From Chiloscyllium plagiosum (Eukaryota), in NCBI RefSeq assembly GCF_004010195.1, contig NC_057749.1:11820839-11884838 (forward strand): a stretch of 64,000 bases of DNA. The letters run 5' to 3'. Below the pieces are notes generated by a model. The model had not been told where the DNA came from and searched no databases. It saw only the letters and a program-made list of their open reading frames with translations. Positions 40,201 through 52,699 of this stretch are shown here, in pieces. Positions within the stretch are counted from its first letter, which is position 1. Every line of letters starts with the position of its first letter. The position numbers and the translations under genes were made by a program.

Positions 40201-43200
40201 TGATTATTGGAACTACAGTGAACACATACAGGGCTTAAATCCAGCACAACATTTCAGCTTAAAGAAAGCCCTGAAAAGTATCCACTGTGTACAACACAAG
40301 ATCTTGACATTGCTTCCACAAAGGAGTTATTAGGAAGATGAGCAATGGTTTTGTCAGAGAGCTGAGAAGAAAGACCAATACAACACAGGAACAGGCCTTT
40401 CAGCTTCCAAGCCAGCACTGACACATTTGCCCTTTCATACTAAAACTGTCTTTATGTGCAGGATCCATACCCCTCAATTCTCTTCCTAATCATGTATTTG
40501 TCCAGGTGTTTCCTGAATGCTGCTATTGTGCTGCCTTCCACCACCTTTTCTGGCAACACATTCCAGGCACTTACCACGCTTTGTGTGAAAAATATGCCTT
40601 GCACATCTCTTTAAAACCTCCCACCCCCCCAAACCCAAAATCTTGAACCTGTGTCCCCTCATAATTGATCTCCCCAGTCTTTCCAACCTTTCTTCACAGC
40701 TAAAATCCCCTATACCAGGCAACATCCTGGTAAACCTTTGTTGTACCCTCACCAAATCATCCAAGTTCTTCTGGGAATGTGGTGACCAGAACTCTACACA
40801 ATATTGCAAGTGTGGCCTAATTAAAGTTCTATAAAGCTGCAGCATAACTTGTCTATCCTTATAAGTACTCCTTGCCCCTTCCAATGCAAGAATGCCATTG
40901 GCCTTTTTTTTTACAACCTTCTCTACCTATGCTGCTGCCTTCAGTGACCTGTGGATCTGCACACCTAGATCCCTTTACGTATCAATACTCCTAATGGTTC
41001 TGCCATTCACTGTATATTTTCCACTTAACCTTCCAAAATGCACCACCTCACACTTGCCTGGATTAAACTCCATCTGCCATTTTTCTGTCCATGCCTCCAA
41101 CTGATCTATATCCTGCTGTATCCTCTGACAATCCTCCTCACTGTCCGCAACTCCACCAATCTTTGCATCGTTCACTAACTTACTAATTAGACCAGCTACA
41201 TGTTCCTCCAAATCACTTATATAGTCCACGAACAAGATCCCAGCACTGATCTCTGTGAAACACAACTAGTCACAACCCTCTATTCCGAAAAGCACCCTTC
41301 CACCACTACCCTCCTGTGACTAAGCCAGTTCTGTATCCATCTTGCCAGCTCACCGCGATACCTTTTGATTTCACTTTTTGTACCAGTTTGCCATGAGGGA
41401 CCTTGTCAAAGGCTTTACTGAAGTCCATGCAAACAACAACTGCTTTTCCCTCATCAATCATCTTCGCAACCTCTTCAAAAAAACTCAATAAAGTTAGTGA
41501 GGCATGACCTTGCTCACACGCAACCATGGTAATAAGCGCATTTGTTTCTTAATGCGTGTAGATCTTGTCCCTGAAAATCTTTTCCAATAATTTCCCTACC
41601 ACAGAATGAGGCTCAGAGGCCTGTAATTTCTTGGATTATCCCTGCTACCCTTTTTATCAATAGGGCAATTGGCTCTTCTCCAGTCATCTGGGACCTCACC
41701 TGTGGCCAAAAAGGTTGTCAGTGCTCCAGCAATTTGATCTCTTGCCTTCCTCAATATTCTGGGATCGATCTCAGCAGGACCTGGGGATTTATCTACTTTA
41801 ATATTTTTTAGGACGCACAATACCTCTTCCCTTTTAGTAGCAACTTGGCTTAGAAATTTGACACTCCCTTCCCTGACATCATCCTCCACCAATTCTTTCT
41901 CTTTGGTGAATACCAACATTACGTATTTGTTTAGGACCTCACCTACCACTTCTGGCTCCGTGCATAGATCCCTTACTTTGTCCTTGAGTGAGCTAACCCT
42001 TTCCCTGGTTATCCAGGTTTGAGATGGAAAACTTTGGAGAAAAATTCTGTAGATTGGGGCATGTGTGGCTAAAGGTATTAGTGCTGATAGTGGGCTGTGT
42101 GTAGTTATGGGGATAAGAATGGGAACAATGTGAAAGGATTTAGATATGATTTTAAATTTTTGGGGAAGCATAAGTGTTGTTTCAGAAATCAGGTGTTTTT
42201 CTCTCCATACATGCTGCGTGATCTGTTGAGTATTTTCAATGTTTTCTGTTTTAATTTCAGATTTTCAGCGTCCACAGTATTTTGCAGATTTAAATATTTA
42301 AAATTATGAAATGGTGTTTAAAAGTTTGGAAACACTGGAAAGAGTAGATACAAGCAAACTATTATGTCTGATTGAAGAATGTGCCTTTGAGATTAACCAT
42401 CAAGATATCTGGACAGAGAATAACACAATCATTTTTACTCTGGGTTTGGAGGTTGTGGAGTTAGTAATTGAAGCGTGATGTTCAGATTAGTGGCTAAAGG
42501 AACCGAAGGATGGTATACAGTTAGAATACAGATTGCTGCTTACTGTCCTGTCAATGTGAAATGTTTAGGTAGAATTACTAATCTCCATCCTGTGACCTTC
42601 ACATAATGTAATTCGCTGGTAACCAGCATGGTGTTGTTTTGTTTCCAATAGCTGAATGCTCAAATCCAACAACTGGAAATGTCTGCCTTGGAGCAGAAGC
42701 CTTGGCAGCTTCTGGGAGAGGTCAATGCCCAGATACGACCAGAGAACAGCCTGCTGGAGGAGGACCTCCAGTTTGACCATGCAGTTAGAAAAGGTAAGCC
42801 TTACCTCCACACAATAACTTTGAAATGATGGGGACTGGGAGGGTGTTCATTCAGACATAATTATGTTGTTGGCATGTTTATATGCATGTGTCATGAGCAA
42901 AACTTAACTATGTTATTGAAAAATAATTACTGTCGATGCTGGAAATCTGAAATTAAAAATGAAAATGCACAGCAGGTCAGATAGCATGTATGCCAAGAAA
43001 AACAGTTTTAGGTCAGCAACCTTTCATCAAAGTTCATAAATCTGATGATGAATCGTTGACCTGAAATGTTGAGCTGTGTTGTAGTTAACTTTATATTGAG
43101 TTTGTGCTCCTTTCCATATCTATTCTCAGCTCCAGTTATCACTGAGGAGACGACACTTAAACTAGAGGATGTTATTATTCAGAGGATTAAAGACCAGGTC

Positions 43201-46200
43201 AGTGAAAGTCTTTGTAGTACCTCCTGGATCAACGTTTCTGTTAGGTTTGTCGATTTTCCCCAGGTACTGTCAGCAAACATTTGTGAAGTTAGAGCCAGTT
43301 GTTTGTGCCATACAGCATGGTGTGACTAGCAACTAATCGTTTGGAACATTTTAACTGTGAATATTGGTGCCTAATTGCACAGGCAGCTTGTGCATACCAA
43401 GTATGATTTATTCACATTTCAACTGCTGGAGTGCCACCAATACAAAATTTAAATCAAACATAAAATAACAGCAAATTAGATTAACAGTACAGGTAGTTCT
43501 CCTATGATACTGTAATTGCATTCCCAAGCAACACTGTGTTATAGAAAATCATGCAATAGAAATAATGGGGCTATGGCGAGAAACAGGATTGGAGCAAACC
43601 ACCAAAAATGAGTAAAAATCTAAACAAAAGTAGTAGTTTGCCTAACCCAAACAATAGCACAATCTAAGTAAATTTTGAGCTGTTGTACTGTATAGTGCAG
43701 TTCATCAGAATCTTCAACTGATTGGCATTTACACCTGCTGGCTGCACTGCATTCTCAGCGATCTTCAGATCCCATCCAATAATAACACTGCACAAGTCAG
43801 ATCCAGAATGAAACCTCCCTTGATAGATCATGGGCTGAATCTTAATTTCTTTCACTAGGTGTCAGTTTGTCAAGTATTTTGGAGGGTTTCACAAAGTCTA
43901 TCAACTTATTTTACAAAACCTGCTTGATTTATTACCTACCCTGCCCTTTGGTGCTCCTCTCTCACACTCTAGCACCATCATCCCATGTGCCATTACCAAA
44001 ACAACTGACCACTTCCTGGATATCCCAGAATTGACCAACATGCGTGGTGCACCCAGACAAGAGCTGTCAGTCCGGAGCTGCCCTGCATGGTTTCTGACAT
44101 TGGCCCTAGATGTGGCAGACAGTGGAAAATTCATGCCTCTCTTTGTGAGCCTGGAGATGCTGCTCCTGGGGATGGGGTGATACAGAGTCAGGTATCTCCC
44201 AGACCAACAGAGGATGCCATTCTACTGAAACCATGCCAACCTGGATCAGGATAACTGTCCAGGCTAGTGCAGTCTCGATCAACTGAAGGAATGCATAGAA
44301 TGTAGAAAGAAGATCAATGATCTTCTCCACTCGGCCAATGAATTGCCACCATCTTCTCTTTCATACCTCATGCTCACACACTCACTCTCTCTTTCTCTAC
44401 TATTGTACCCACTATTTCCTGTAACATCTTCCCTGCTCACTCTCATCCTCGCTACCAACTGACCCTGACTAACCCTGAATCTCTTCTTCGCAGCCTACTT
44501 GCTCACTGTGCAGTGTTTCCTGAGTCTGACCACCCTGAGCAGCTGACTGACCATGTCCAAGCCCCTGTACTGGTATTATTTTGCAGTTGGTTATCATAAT
44601 GATTAGTCACTGAAACAAGATTCACCTGAGTCTACAGATATTCTTTAACATCTAAACATATTTTTTAAACAAAAAAAAATTAAAAAGCTCTTCATACAAA
44701 CAACAAAGCCAAGTTTCAAGCTACCCCTCAACACTCCTTTTACTGTTAGTCAATTCAAGTGAAATTTTAACTCTCAAATCTCAACTCAAGTTTTTAGATT
44801 AACAGGATGCTCCCAGCTTCTTGTCCTCGGGCTGTAGAAACATTTTCACAATGCTTTTTCAAGTCCACTAGCGCAAACATTTCATAATACCTTTCACAAA
44901 GCTCTTTATGAGAAATGCACAAGCCAACTGATTATGTGATACCAACACAGAGTTCAGTCTTGCGCACACTGTGACACCTAGTGCTGGGAATGAGAAATGT
45001 GTTAACAGCAAACAAGACAGGGGACGAAACGTTTGCAACAAAAACTTCCAGCTCGGCGAACAGAACCACAGCAGCAAACAAGAGTTTGCTTTATTAAAAA
45101 AAAGTTGGCAATTCACAAATCATGTTACAGATAAATCACTTTTAATAAACATGCATTATAGGAGAACTACCTGTACAACAATGTGGAAAACACAAACTGA
45201 AAATGTAAATAATAGAATAAATTAATAAAATTTCAAGAATGGAAGTGGAGTTTTTGAAGTGGGATTAATGTTTCACATATATGTAAAATTTATGATGAAG
45301 TATGCTTTAAATGCTGCAGTTGCCCAAGTAAACATTGACGTTTCTCATCCTGAGATGTGGGTGGCATGTTTGTGTAATTAATTCAAAATATGACACTTAA
45401 TTTGCAAGAGCAGAGAGATGGAGAAAGTGTTCATAGAGCTGTTCAAAATTATCAACAGGACAGCAAAAACCAATACAAATTAAATTATTTCATTTGTCAG
45501 AAAATCAAAGGTGAGCCCATTGCTGGAAAGGAATGTTTTGTTATGTGGCTGACATTTGGTGTAATAATTTAATACTCCTTGCTGTAGTTAAAGATGAGGT
45601 AAGAAGAAAGGAAAATGCAAATGTGGAAAATTAGTCCAGAGAGAAGCCTATATGTTTAGGGATAAAATATCTGTCCACCAATCAGAAATATCAAAATCCT
45701 TAGCGAGTTTTGAGAAGATTTGTAGCTCGGGTTGAGGTTTTGGATGTGGGTTTGCTCGCTGAGCTGAAAGGTTCATTTCCAGACGTTTCGTTACCTTACT
45801 AGGTAACATCTTCTGTGGACCTAAGGTGAAGCAATGCTGAATATCAAAATCCTAGAACAAGTATTAGGGGGACTAGTGGGCCAGTGAGAGTGTGAAGGAA
45901 GGAATATGGTCCACAAACAGAACAGTTTGACAGGACTTGGAGCTGTGACAGGAGATTCCCCTCCCAAATGTTCAGTCCCACTTTGCTTTGTGGATTCATA
46001 TGTATGTTCAGCATTTTCTGCTTCAACTAAGATTGATGAGATGAATATTTGGAATTGGTACATTTAGTCTCCTTCGAACAATCAATTTTCCACAATGTTG
46101 TTCCTGAATGATTTACAGCCATGGGATAATTGGTTGGGTTTGGTTCTCTGCACTGTTTTCTTTTATAAGTTCTTAATTGGCAACTATTTAATGTACAGCG

Positions 46201-49200
46201 ATCAGGTATTGATGGGTAAGCATCATGTGCCATGTGTTACAGGCTTGGGATGATGTTGTACGTAAGGAAAAACCAAAAGAAGAGGCCTTTGAATATAAAA
46301 AGAGACTCACCTTGGACCATGAGAAAAGCAAACTGAGCCTGGCTGAAGTTTATGAGCAGGAATATTTAAAGCAAACTCAGGTAATAATCTTGGATAACCT
46401 TTGGGGTTAATTGAATTTGAAGAGGAGTTCAGTTTTTAATATCTATGTTAGACACCGGAAAACTTGAAACAGGATACAGTACCTGGTTCAGTGTTGATGT
46501 CAAGCATTATTAACACTCTGGCAACAGTCACTCAGGAGAAACAGTGGCATTGCAGTTAATATCATTAGACAAATAATAACAGATCCAGACTGATAACCTG
46601 GAGACATAGGTTCAGATCTCACAATGGAAACTTGTGAAATTCACATTAATTAGTTTGAGGTATAAAGATAGTCTCGGTTATGGTGACCAAGACAACTGTC
46701 ATGAGTGGTTATAAAATCCCATCTGGTTCACTAATGTCATTTGGGGAAGGAAATCTGCCATACTTATCTGGCTGGCCGACAAGTGACCCCAGAAACACAG
46801 CAATGTGTTTGACTCTTAACTGCTTCTAAAATAGTCAGGAACCTGCTCAGTTCAAGGACAATGAGAGATGGGCAACAACCATTCCAACTGATACCCACAT
46901 CCTATGAAAGAATGAAGAAAAAAGAGCTTTCTGATTGGTCTCACCACACCTAAATGTTCATGTGTGTAACAGACAGAAATGATTCCAATGAGACTGTCCC
47001 CAAAAAAGTCAGCACCTTTAGGTATTGATCTCCCCCCGTGAGAGTGAACACCATCAGGACCTGCTGTCCCGGTGCAAGTGAGGACATTGTGAGTAAACTG
47101 AGATCACAGGCTAGGCCATTTTGGTGTGAGAGATTACATAGCTGGGATTACATATGTGACAGACTTTTAATTAAACTCTTGCAATCGCAGCAAATATCTG
47201 AAGTGGAGGAAAATGTGCAGCATGCTGAGATCCAGAGGTTGATGGATTCCCTTTTCCTTAAACTGGATGCACTTTCAAACTTCCATTTCACACCCAAACC
47301 GGTGAGTAAAAGAAACGCAAAATTAGAGTCAAGCATGGTCTGCATGACTGTACCACTATGTGTATGGCCTCTGTCTACTCTCAGACTATACTAGCACCCA
47401 CTGGATAGTCATTTCCTCTGATGCATTGTTTGATATATGATATTCACTATACTGGAACTGCTGGCTGCTGGAACAATCAGATCAGCTGCATTTCTGTACC
47501 ATGTTGATTTAACTGATTCCAACAAGGTGAAACCAAAGGTGAACCGCAATGTGCTTCAGTCCCCATTACCTGCTCTGACCTCTGCTGGAATACAGGGTTG
47601 GAAATCCCTCATGTAAGGTTCACCCAGTAAGAATGATCACTGGATGTGGGTGACCATGCAAGCAATTTTGAGATCTATAGCATACTAATTTCAGGTCTTC
47701 AGGAGAGAAAACTCTCAAACAAAACTATTAAAATAATAAGCACACACTCCCTCAGTGCTGGCGTAGAATTGAAAGTTTTGGATTCAGACACCAAAAGATA
47801 AATGTCTACAATTCAACCACTGACTTTTTCTTTGATATTTAAATCTTGTGATTTGTGTAATTGACTACACTTGCTATCTAGGTGCAGTCTATTTGTGATC
47901 CTGTCACGTTTATCCTCGGGGCAGGTTTACATCACCCCATAGCACTCTGACTGGGATTTGTGAGGTGCAAAAATCAGTATCTGCCACATCCAGAGGAAAA
48001 GTCATGCTGCGAGCAGCTCTCACTCACTAATCATTGAACTGAATCACCTTGGCTGTCAATTGGGGAGGAAGAACAAAATGTTTAAACTGTGCCAGCTTTT
48101 AACAAAGTTTTTTTTTTCTTTTGCCAGCCCATGCCTGAAGTGAAGGTGGTCTCTAACCTGCCTTCTATTTGTTTGGAGGAGGTGGCACCAGTGAATGTTA
48201 GTGATGCCACTCTGCTAGCACCAGAAGAAATCAAGGTAAGAGGTAAAAGAGGGAGATAGGATAAATCCCAACAGTTCTAAGGCTCTCCCTGGAATGGCAC
48301 TGAGCCCCACTTTGCCCAATCCATTTTAACTGATAACCGTTAGGAAAGGGTTGCAACATCAGCCTCTTTGCTTATGATTTTAAAGGTGAACTCAAGCTTG
48401 GACTTCTACTGTTGGCCATATTGGTGATACCATGGATAAGAACGGGATCATGATCATGCTGACTACAAAGCTACTCGTAGTTCAGATTCAACACATTTGA
48501 CTGGCTATGCTGAAGCATCAGTGAGGCTGAAAGAGAGTGTGATGACAGGAGGCTGAAGAGTTTTGCAAGAACATTGGTTTATTTTTTTGCTGTCTGGCCT
48601 GATAATTGCAGGAGAAGGGTCGAGCTGGGGAGATCCAGGGAGCCACAGAAAAGACAGCAACGGACAAGAAACGAGAGAGAAGGAAGAAGAAGAAACTGAA
48701 GCGTCTCCGACTGAAGGAGAAGGAAGCACGTCAGAAAGTGGTGGAGAAGTTGAATGTGAAGCTGAGTAATAAACAAGTAAAGGAAAAGAATGCTGAAAAA
48801 TTGAGAAAATTGACCTGGGAAGGAAAGGCAACACTGCTGAAGGTGAGCACTGTTATGGGTTGATTAATGTCTGGCGTAGGCAGCGGTGTGATGAGACTGT
48901 TTAATGTGTGTCTCACTGAATGGGAAATGGAGAGATTAAGTTAATTTGACCACGTTTTATGTCCTTTCAATGGTTGCTTCCTCTGGCATATAATTACCAT
49001 AAATTCCATTATTCCTATTCACAGCAAATGTTTCCTTTACAGAATGTTCAGACCAGTTTCCTTCCATGTACTGCATCGAAATTTCAAACACTCTTCCCAT
49101 TAGAATAAAAGCAAAATACTGTGGATGCTGTAACTTTGAAATAAATTCAGGAAAAAGTTATTCTAATTTGAAAAATTAACTCCAGTTAACTCCGTTTTAC

Positions 49201-51421
49201 TCCACAGATTCTGCCAAACCTTTTGAGTTCCTTCAGCATTCTCTTAATTCATGTCATTCAATTTGTATCCATTCACGCTCAAAATCTCTGTACAGCAGTT
49301 TCAGAGAAGCACTTAGAGTCATAGAGATGTACAGCATGGAAACTGACCCTTCGGTCCAACCCGTCCATGACGACCAGATATCCCAACCCAATCTAGTCCC
49401 ACCTGTCAGCACCCGGCCCATATCCCTTCTGACAGAAAATACACAGCAGTTCTGTCACCATCTGAGAGAAAAGATAGTTTAATTTTATGATTGAGTCATT
49501 GTATAGAGCAAGCCGCAAGGCTGCAGTTGAAGAACAAAGCAGTTTCTGCCCAGTTTGTTGAAGAACAAAGGTTTCCAGCATCTGCAGTCATTGTTTTTAC
49601 CTCATTGTATAGAGGCCATCTGAATGGCAAGGAGAAAGTGAGGTCTGCAGATGCTGGAGATCAAAGTTGAAACTTTATTGCTGGAACAGCACAGCAGGTC
49701 AGGCAGCATCCAGGGAACAGGAGATTCGACGTTTCGGGCACAGGCCCTTCTTCAGGAATGAGCAGAGAGTGTTCAGCAGGAGAAGATAAAAGGTAGGGAG
49801 GAGGGACTTGGAGGAGGGGAGTTGGAAATGTGATAGGTGGAAAGAGGTCAAGGTGAGGGTGATAGGTCGGAGTAGGACGGAGGCGGAGAGGTCAAGAAGA
49901 AGACTGCAGAAGACTGCAAGAAATCTAGGGAACAGAAGATTCGACGTTTCGGGCACATGCCCTTCTTCAGGAATGAGCAGAGAGTGTTCAGCAGGAGAAG
50001 ATAAAAGGTAGGGAGGAGGGACTTGGAGGAGGGGAGTTGGAAGTGGAGGAGATGCGGTGGAGGGCACCGTCGACCACGTCGCCTTCCTGACCTGCAGTCT
50101 TCTTGTTGACCTCTCCGCCTCCATCCTACTCCGACCTATCACCCTCACCTTGACCTCTTTCCACCTATCACATTTCCAACGCCCCTCCTCCAAGTCCCTC
50201 CTCCCTACCTTTTATCTTCTCCTGCTGAACACTCTCTGCTCATTCCTGAAGAAGGGCCTGTGCCCGAAACGTCGAATCTCCTGTTCCCTGGATGCTGCCT
50301 GACCTGCTGTGCTGTTCCAGCAATAAAGTTTCAACATCTGAATGGCAAGCCTATCCTTTTTGACTTGTGTGTTTCCAACATTCTCTCTCATGCTTGGTTC
50401 AATTCAATTATATCATATCTCTTTGTAGTACCTCTAAGTTTTGTATATATCTTATCACTTCAAAGTCTGTGAGAAGATTTGTACCTCGGGTGCTCGTTGT
50501 TGTGGTTCTGTTCGCCGAGCTGGGGTTGCAGATGTTTCGTCCCCTGTCTAGGTGACATCCTCAGTGCTTAGGAGCCTCCTGTGAAGCGCCTCTGTGATCT
50601 TTCCTCCGGCATTTGTAGTGGTTTGAATCTGCCGCTTGCGGTTGTCAGTTCCAGCTGTCCGCTGCAGTGGCCGGTATATTGAGTCCAGGTCAATGTGCAT
50701 ATTGATTGAATCTGTGGATGAGTGCCATGCCTCTAGGAATTCTGAACAGCCAGGGAATTCCTAGAGGCATGGCACTCATCCACAGATTCAATCAATAAGC
50801 ACATCAATCTGGACCCAATATACCGGCCACTGCAACGGACAGTTGGAACTGACAACCGGAAGCGACAAATTCAAACCACTACAAATGCCGGAGGAAAGAT
50901 CACAGAAGCGCTTCACAGGAGGCTCCTAAGCACTGAGGATGTCACCTAGACAGGGGACGAAACATCTGCAACACAAATTTCCAGCTCGGCGAACAGAACC
51001 ATAACATATCTTCTCACTTAATGATCATTTACCATGTTATCTACTTTAGTAAAGTCTCTCCTTTTGATACTGCCTGAAACATCAGTACCCCAAAAAGAGC
51101 CCCCAGTTTATTGCAGTAGATTTTATATGCAGCACTGTGGAGAATTTTGTAATCTTCTTGCCTTTGATTTCCCATATAATTCACTATATTGCAGGGGTGG
51201 TGTCAGAAAGCTAAAATTTCTATTATAAAAGTGAATTTCTACCTAATTTTTTGTTTTTAACCATTTAAAAGGATGAAGGGAAAGACAAAACTCTACGCTC
51301 GTCAAAGGCCTTTTTCTCCCAGTTACAAGATCAAGTAAAAGCTGATCTGAGAGGAGCCAAGATGAAAGCCAACAAGCAAAACAAACAAAGAGCTCTATCG
51401 ACAAGCAAGCTGAAACTTTAA
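37145..51421 (+). CDS. MPHOSPH10: U3 snoRNP protein MPP10 (whole gene span, 11 visible coding exons; 5' part of exon 2 lost in assembly gap)
   Basis: From exon 2 onward the exons join in frame with GT-AG sites: 37145-37212, <37715-38088, 39133-39281, 40031-40199, 42652-42793, 43130-43197, 46243-46380, 47191-47301, 48128-48235, 48612-48842, 51272-51421. Diagnostic peptides: [73 protein letters not shown]-terminal SKLKL*. Confidence 0.96.
37215..37714. other. Assembly gap (500 N)
   Basis: Run of N. Confidence 1.
37715..38088 (+). CDS. MPHOSPH10: MPHOSPH10 exon 2 (3' part; 5' end in gap)
   Basis: Open acidic frame NEFTKQ...[12 protein letters not shown]...[15 protein letters not shown]...KRK, donor AAG|GTAACA. 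Confidence 0.92.
39133..39281 (+). CDS. MPHOSPH10: MPHOSPH10 exon 3
   Basis: [16 protein letters not shown]...; acceptor ttgtttgaag, donor GA|GTATGT. Confidence 0.9.
40031..40199 (+). CDS. MPHOSPH10: MPHOSPH10 exon 4
   Basis: ...KVRFNLPDD...[10 protein letters not shown]; phase matches exon 3. Confidence 0.9.
40380..42010 (-). mobile_element. CR1 LINE ORF2 fragment (MPHOSPH10 intron 4)
   Basis: [40 protein letters not shown]. Confidence 0.9.
42652..42793 (+). CDS. MPHOSPH10: MPHOSPH10 exon 5
   Basis: [47 protein letters not shown]; donor GTAAGC. Confidence 0.95.
43130..43197 (+). CDS. MPHOSPH10: MPHOSPH10 exon 6
   Basis: [23 protein letters not shown]. Confidence 0.95.
46243..46380 (+). 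CDS. MPHOSPH10: MPHOSPH10 exon 7
   Basis: [46 protein letters not shown]. Confidence 0.95.
47191..47301 (+). CDS. MPHOSPH10: MPHOSPH10 exon 8
   Basis: [37 protein letters not shown]; donor GTGAGT. Confidence 0.93.
48128..48235 (+). CDS. MPHOSPH10: MPHOSPH10 exon 9
   Basis: [36 protein letters not shown]. Confidence 0.95.
48612..48842 (+). CDS. MPHOSPH10: MPHOSPH10 exon 10
   Basis: [27 protein letters not shown]...GKATLLK. Confidence 0.95.
49724..49759 (-). ncRNA. Minimal hammerhead ribozyme motif
   Basis: Exact reverse complement of 50242-50277. Confidence 0.8.
49939..49974 (-). ncRNA. Minimal hammerhead ribozyme motif
   Basis: Tandem second copy on the - strand, core intact. Confidence 0.75.
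50242..50277 (+). ncRNA. Minimal type I hammerhead ribozyme motif
   Basis: ATTC-CTGAAGA-A-GGGC-CTGT-GCCC-GAAAC-GTC-GAAT: stem I ATTC/GAAT, intact core, stem II GGGC/GCCC, predicted cleavage after C50273. Confidence 0.8.
50461..51005. mobile_element. Second palindromic PLE 3'-end element in MPHOSPH10 intron 10
   Basis: Inverted arms meet near 50745; TSD ATATCTT(A/C)TCACTT at 50447-50460 and 51006-51019. Confidence 0.88.
51272..51421 (+). CDS. MPHOSPH10: MPHOSPH10 exon 11 (terminal)
   Basis: [23 protein letters not shown]...SKLKL, TAA at 51419-51421. Confidence 0.95.
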   Translation, partial: DEGKDKTLRSSKAFFSQLQDQVKADLRGAKMKANKQNKQRALSTSKLKL

Positions 51422-51534
51422 CGCCATGCCCTTCAACTCCTTTACACAGATACTTATCTGCATTTTGTACCTACTTATAACTGTACATAAGAGCATTCCA
51501 GAATCATCTTTAATTTAAAACATGACAGTTTCTA

Positions 51535-51540
51535 AATAAA
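51535..51540 (+). terminator. Probable MPHOSPH10 polyadenylation signal
   Basis: AATAAA about 115 nt after the stop codon, followed by T/GT-rich sequence. Confidence 0.65.
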
Positions 51541-51665
51541 AGAGTTTTCTTTTATGCTGTATGGAGGTCTCTTTTTCACCTGTGTCACAAATGTTGGATA
51601 ATACCTTTTGCTGGTTGCAGTAAACACCAAAATATCAAGAGTAAACAAAAGCTCTAAAAGTATAG

Positions 51666-52103
51666 ATGGCTCAGTGGTTAGCACTGCTGCCTCACAGCAC
51701 CAGACACCTAGGTTCAATTCTGGCCTCGGGCAACTGTCTGTGTGGAGTTTGCACATTCTCCCTGCGTCTGTGTGGGTTTCCTCTGGGTGCTCCGGTTTTC
51801 TCTCACAGTCCAAAGATGTGCAGGTCAGGTGAATTGGCCTTGCTAAATTGCCCACAGTGTTAGGTGCATTAGTCAGAGGGAAATGGATCTGGGTGGGTTA
51901 CTTTTTGAAGAAGGGCTTATGCCCGAAACGTCGATTCTCCTGTTCCCTGGATGCTGCCTGACCTGCTGCGCTTTTCCAGCAACAAATTTCCAGCTCTGAT
52001 CTCCAGCATCTGCAGACCTCACTTTCTCCTTACTTTTTGAAGGGTCAGTGTGGACTTGTTGGGCTGAAGGGCCTGTTTCCACCCTGTAGGGAATCTAATC
52101 TAG
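51666..52103 (+). mobile_element. tRNA-derived SINE with a nested PLE-end insertion (51911-52029)
   Basis: SINE head and tail flank an insert bounded by the 13-bp direct repeat TTACTTTTTGAAG (51898-51910, 52030-52042). Confidence 0.85.
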
Positions 52104-52104
52104 A

Positions 52105-52650
52105 ACATAGAAGAATACAGCGCAGTACAGGCCCTTCGGCCCTCGATGTTGTGCCGATCCAAGCCCACCTAACCTACACTAGCCCACTATCCTCCATATG
52201 CCTATCCAATACCCATAATGAGGGAGAGTCCACCACTGCTACTGGCAGGGCATTCCATGAACTCACGACTCGCTGAGTAAAGAACCTACCCCTAACATCT
52301 GTCCTATACCTACCCCCCCTTAATTTAAAGCTATGCCCCCTTGTAATAGCTGACTCCATATGAGGAAAAAGATTCTCACTGTCGACCCTATCTAAGCCCC
52401 TAATCATCTTGTACACCTCTATCAAGTCACCCCTAAACCTTCTTTTCTCCAATGAAAACAACCCCAAGTGCCTCAGCCTTTCCTCATACGATCTTCCTAC
52501 CATACCAGGCAACATCCTGGTAAACCTCCTCTGCACACGTTCCAGTGCCTCCACATCCTTCCTATAATATGACGACCAAAACTGCACACAATACAACTTA
52601 ATTCCTCTACCAATAAAAGCCAGTACGCCATATGCCTTCTTCACCGCACT
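52105..52650 (-). mobile_element. Young CR1 LINE 3' fragment
   Basis: Same peptides and tail as 13345-14045. Confidence 0.93.
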
Positions 52651-52699
52651 AATCTAACCTATAAACATCGTATACAGCGCAAAAATACTTGATCTTGAT

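Larger units (their letters stand above)
49632..50334. mobile_element. Palindromic non-autonomous PLE derivative in MPHOSPH10 intron 10
   Basis: About 250-bp near-perfect inverted arms; perfect 15-bp TSD CATCTGAATGGCAAG at 49617-49631 and 50335-50349. Confidence 0.9.

Noticed and set aside
49699-50302. Mirror-image ORFs on both strands (164, 81 and 67 aa)
   Set aside because: A consequence of the palindromic non-coding element; no protein family signal.
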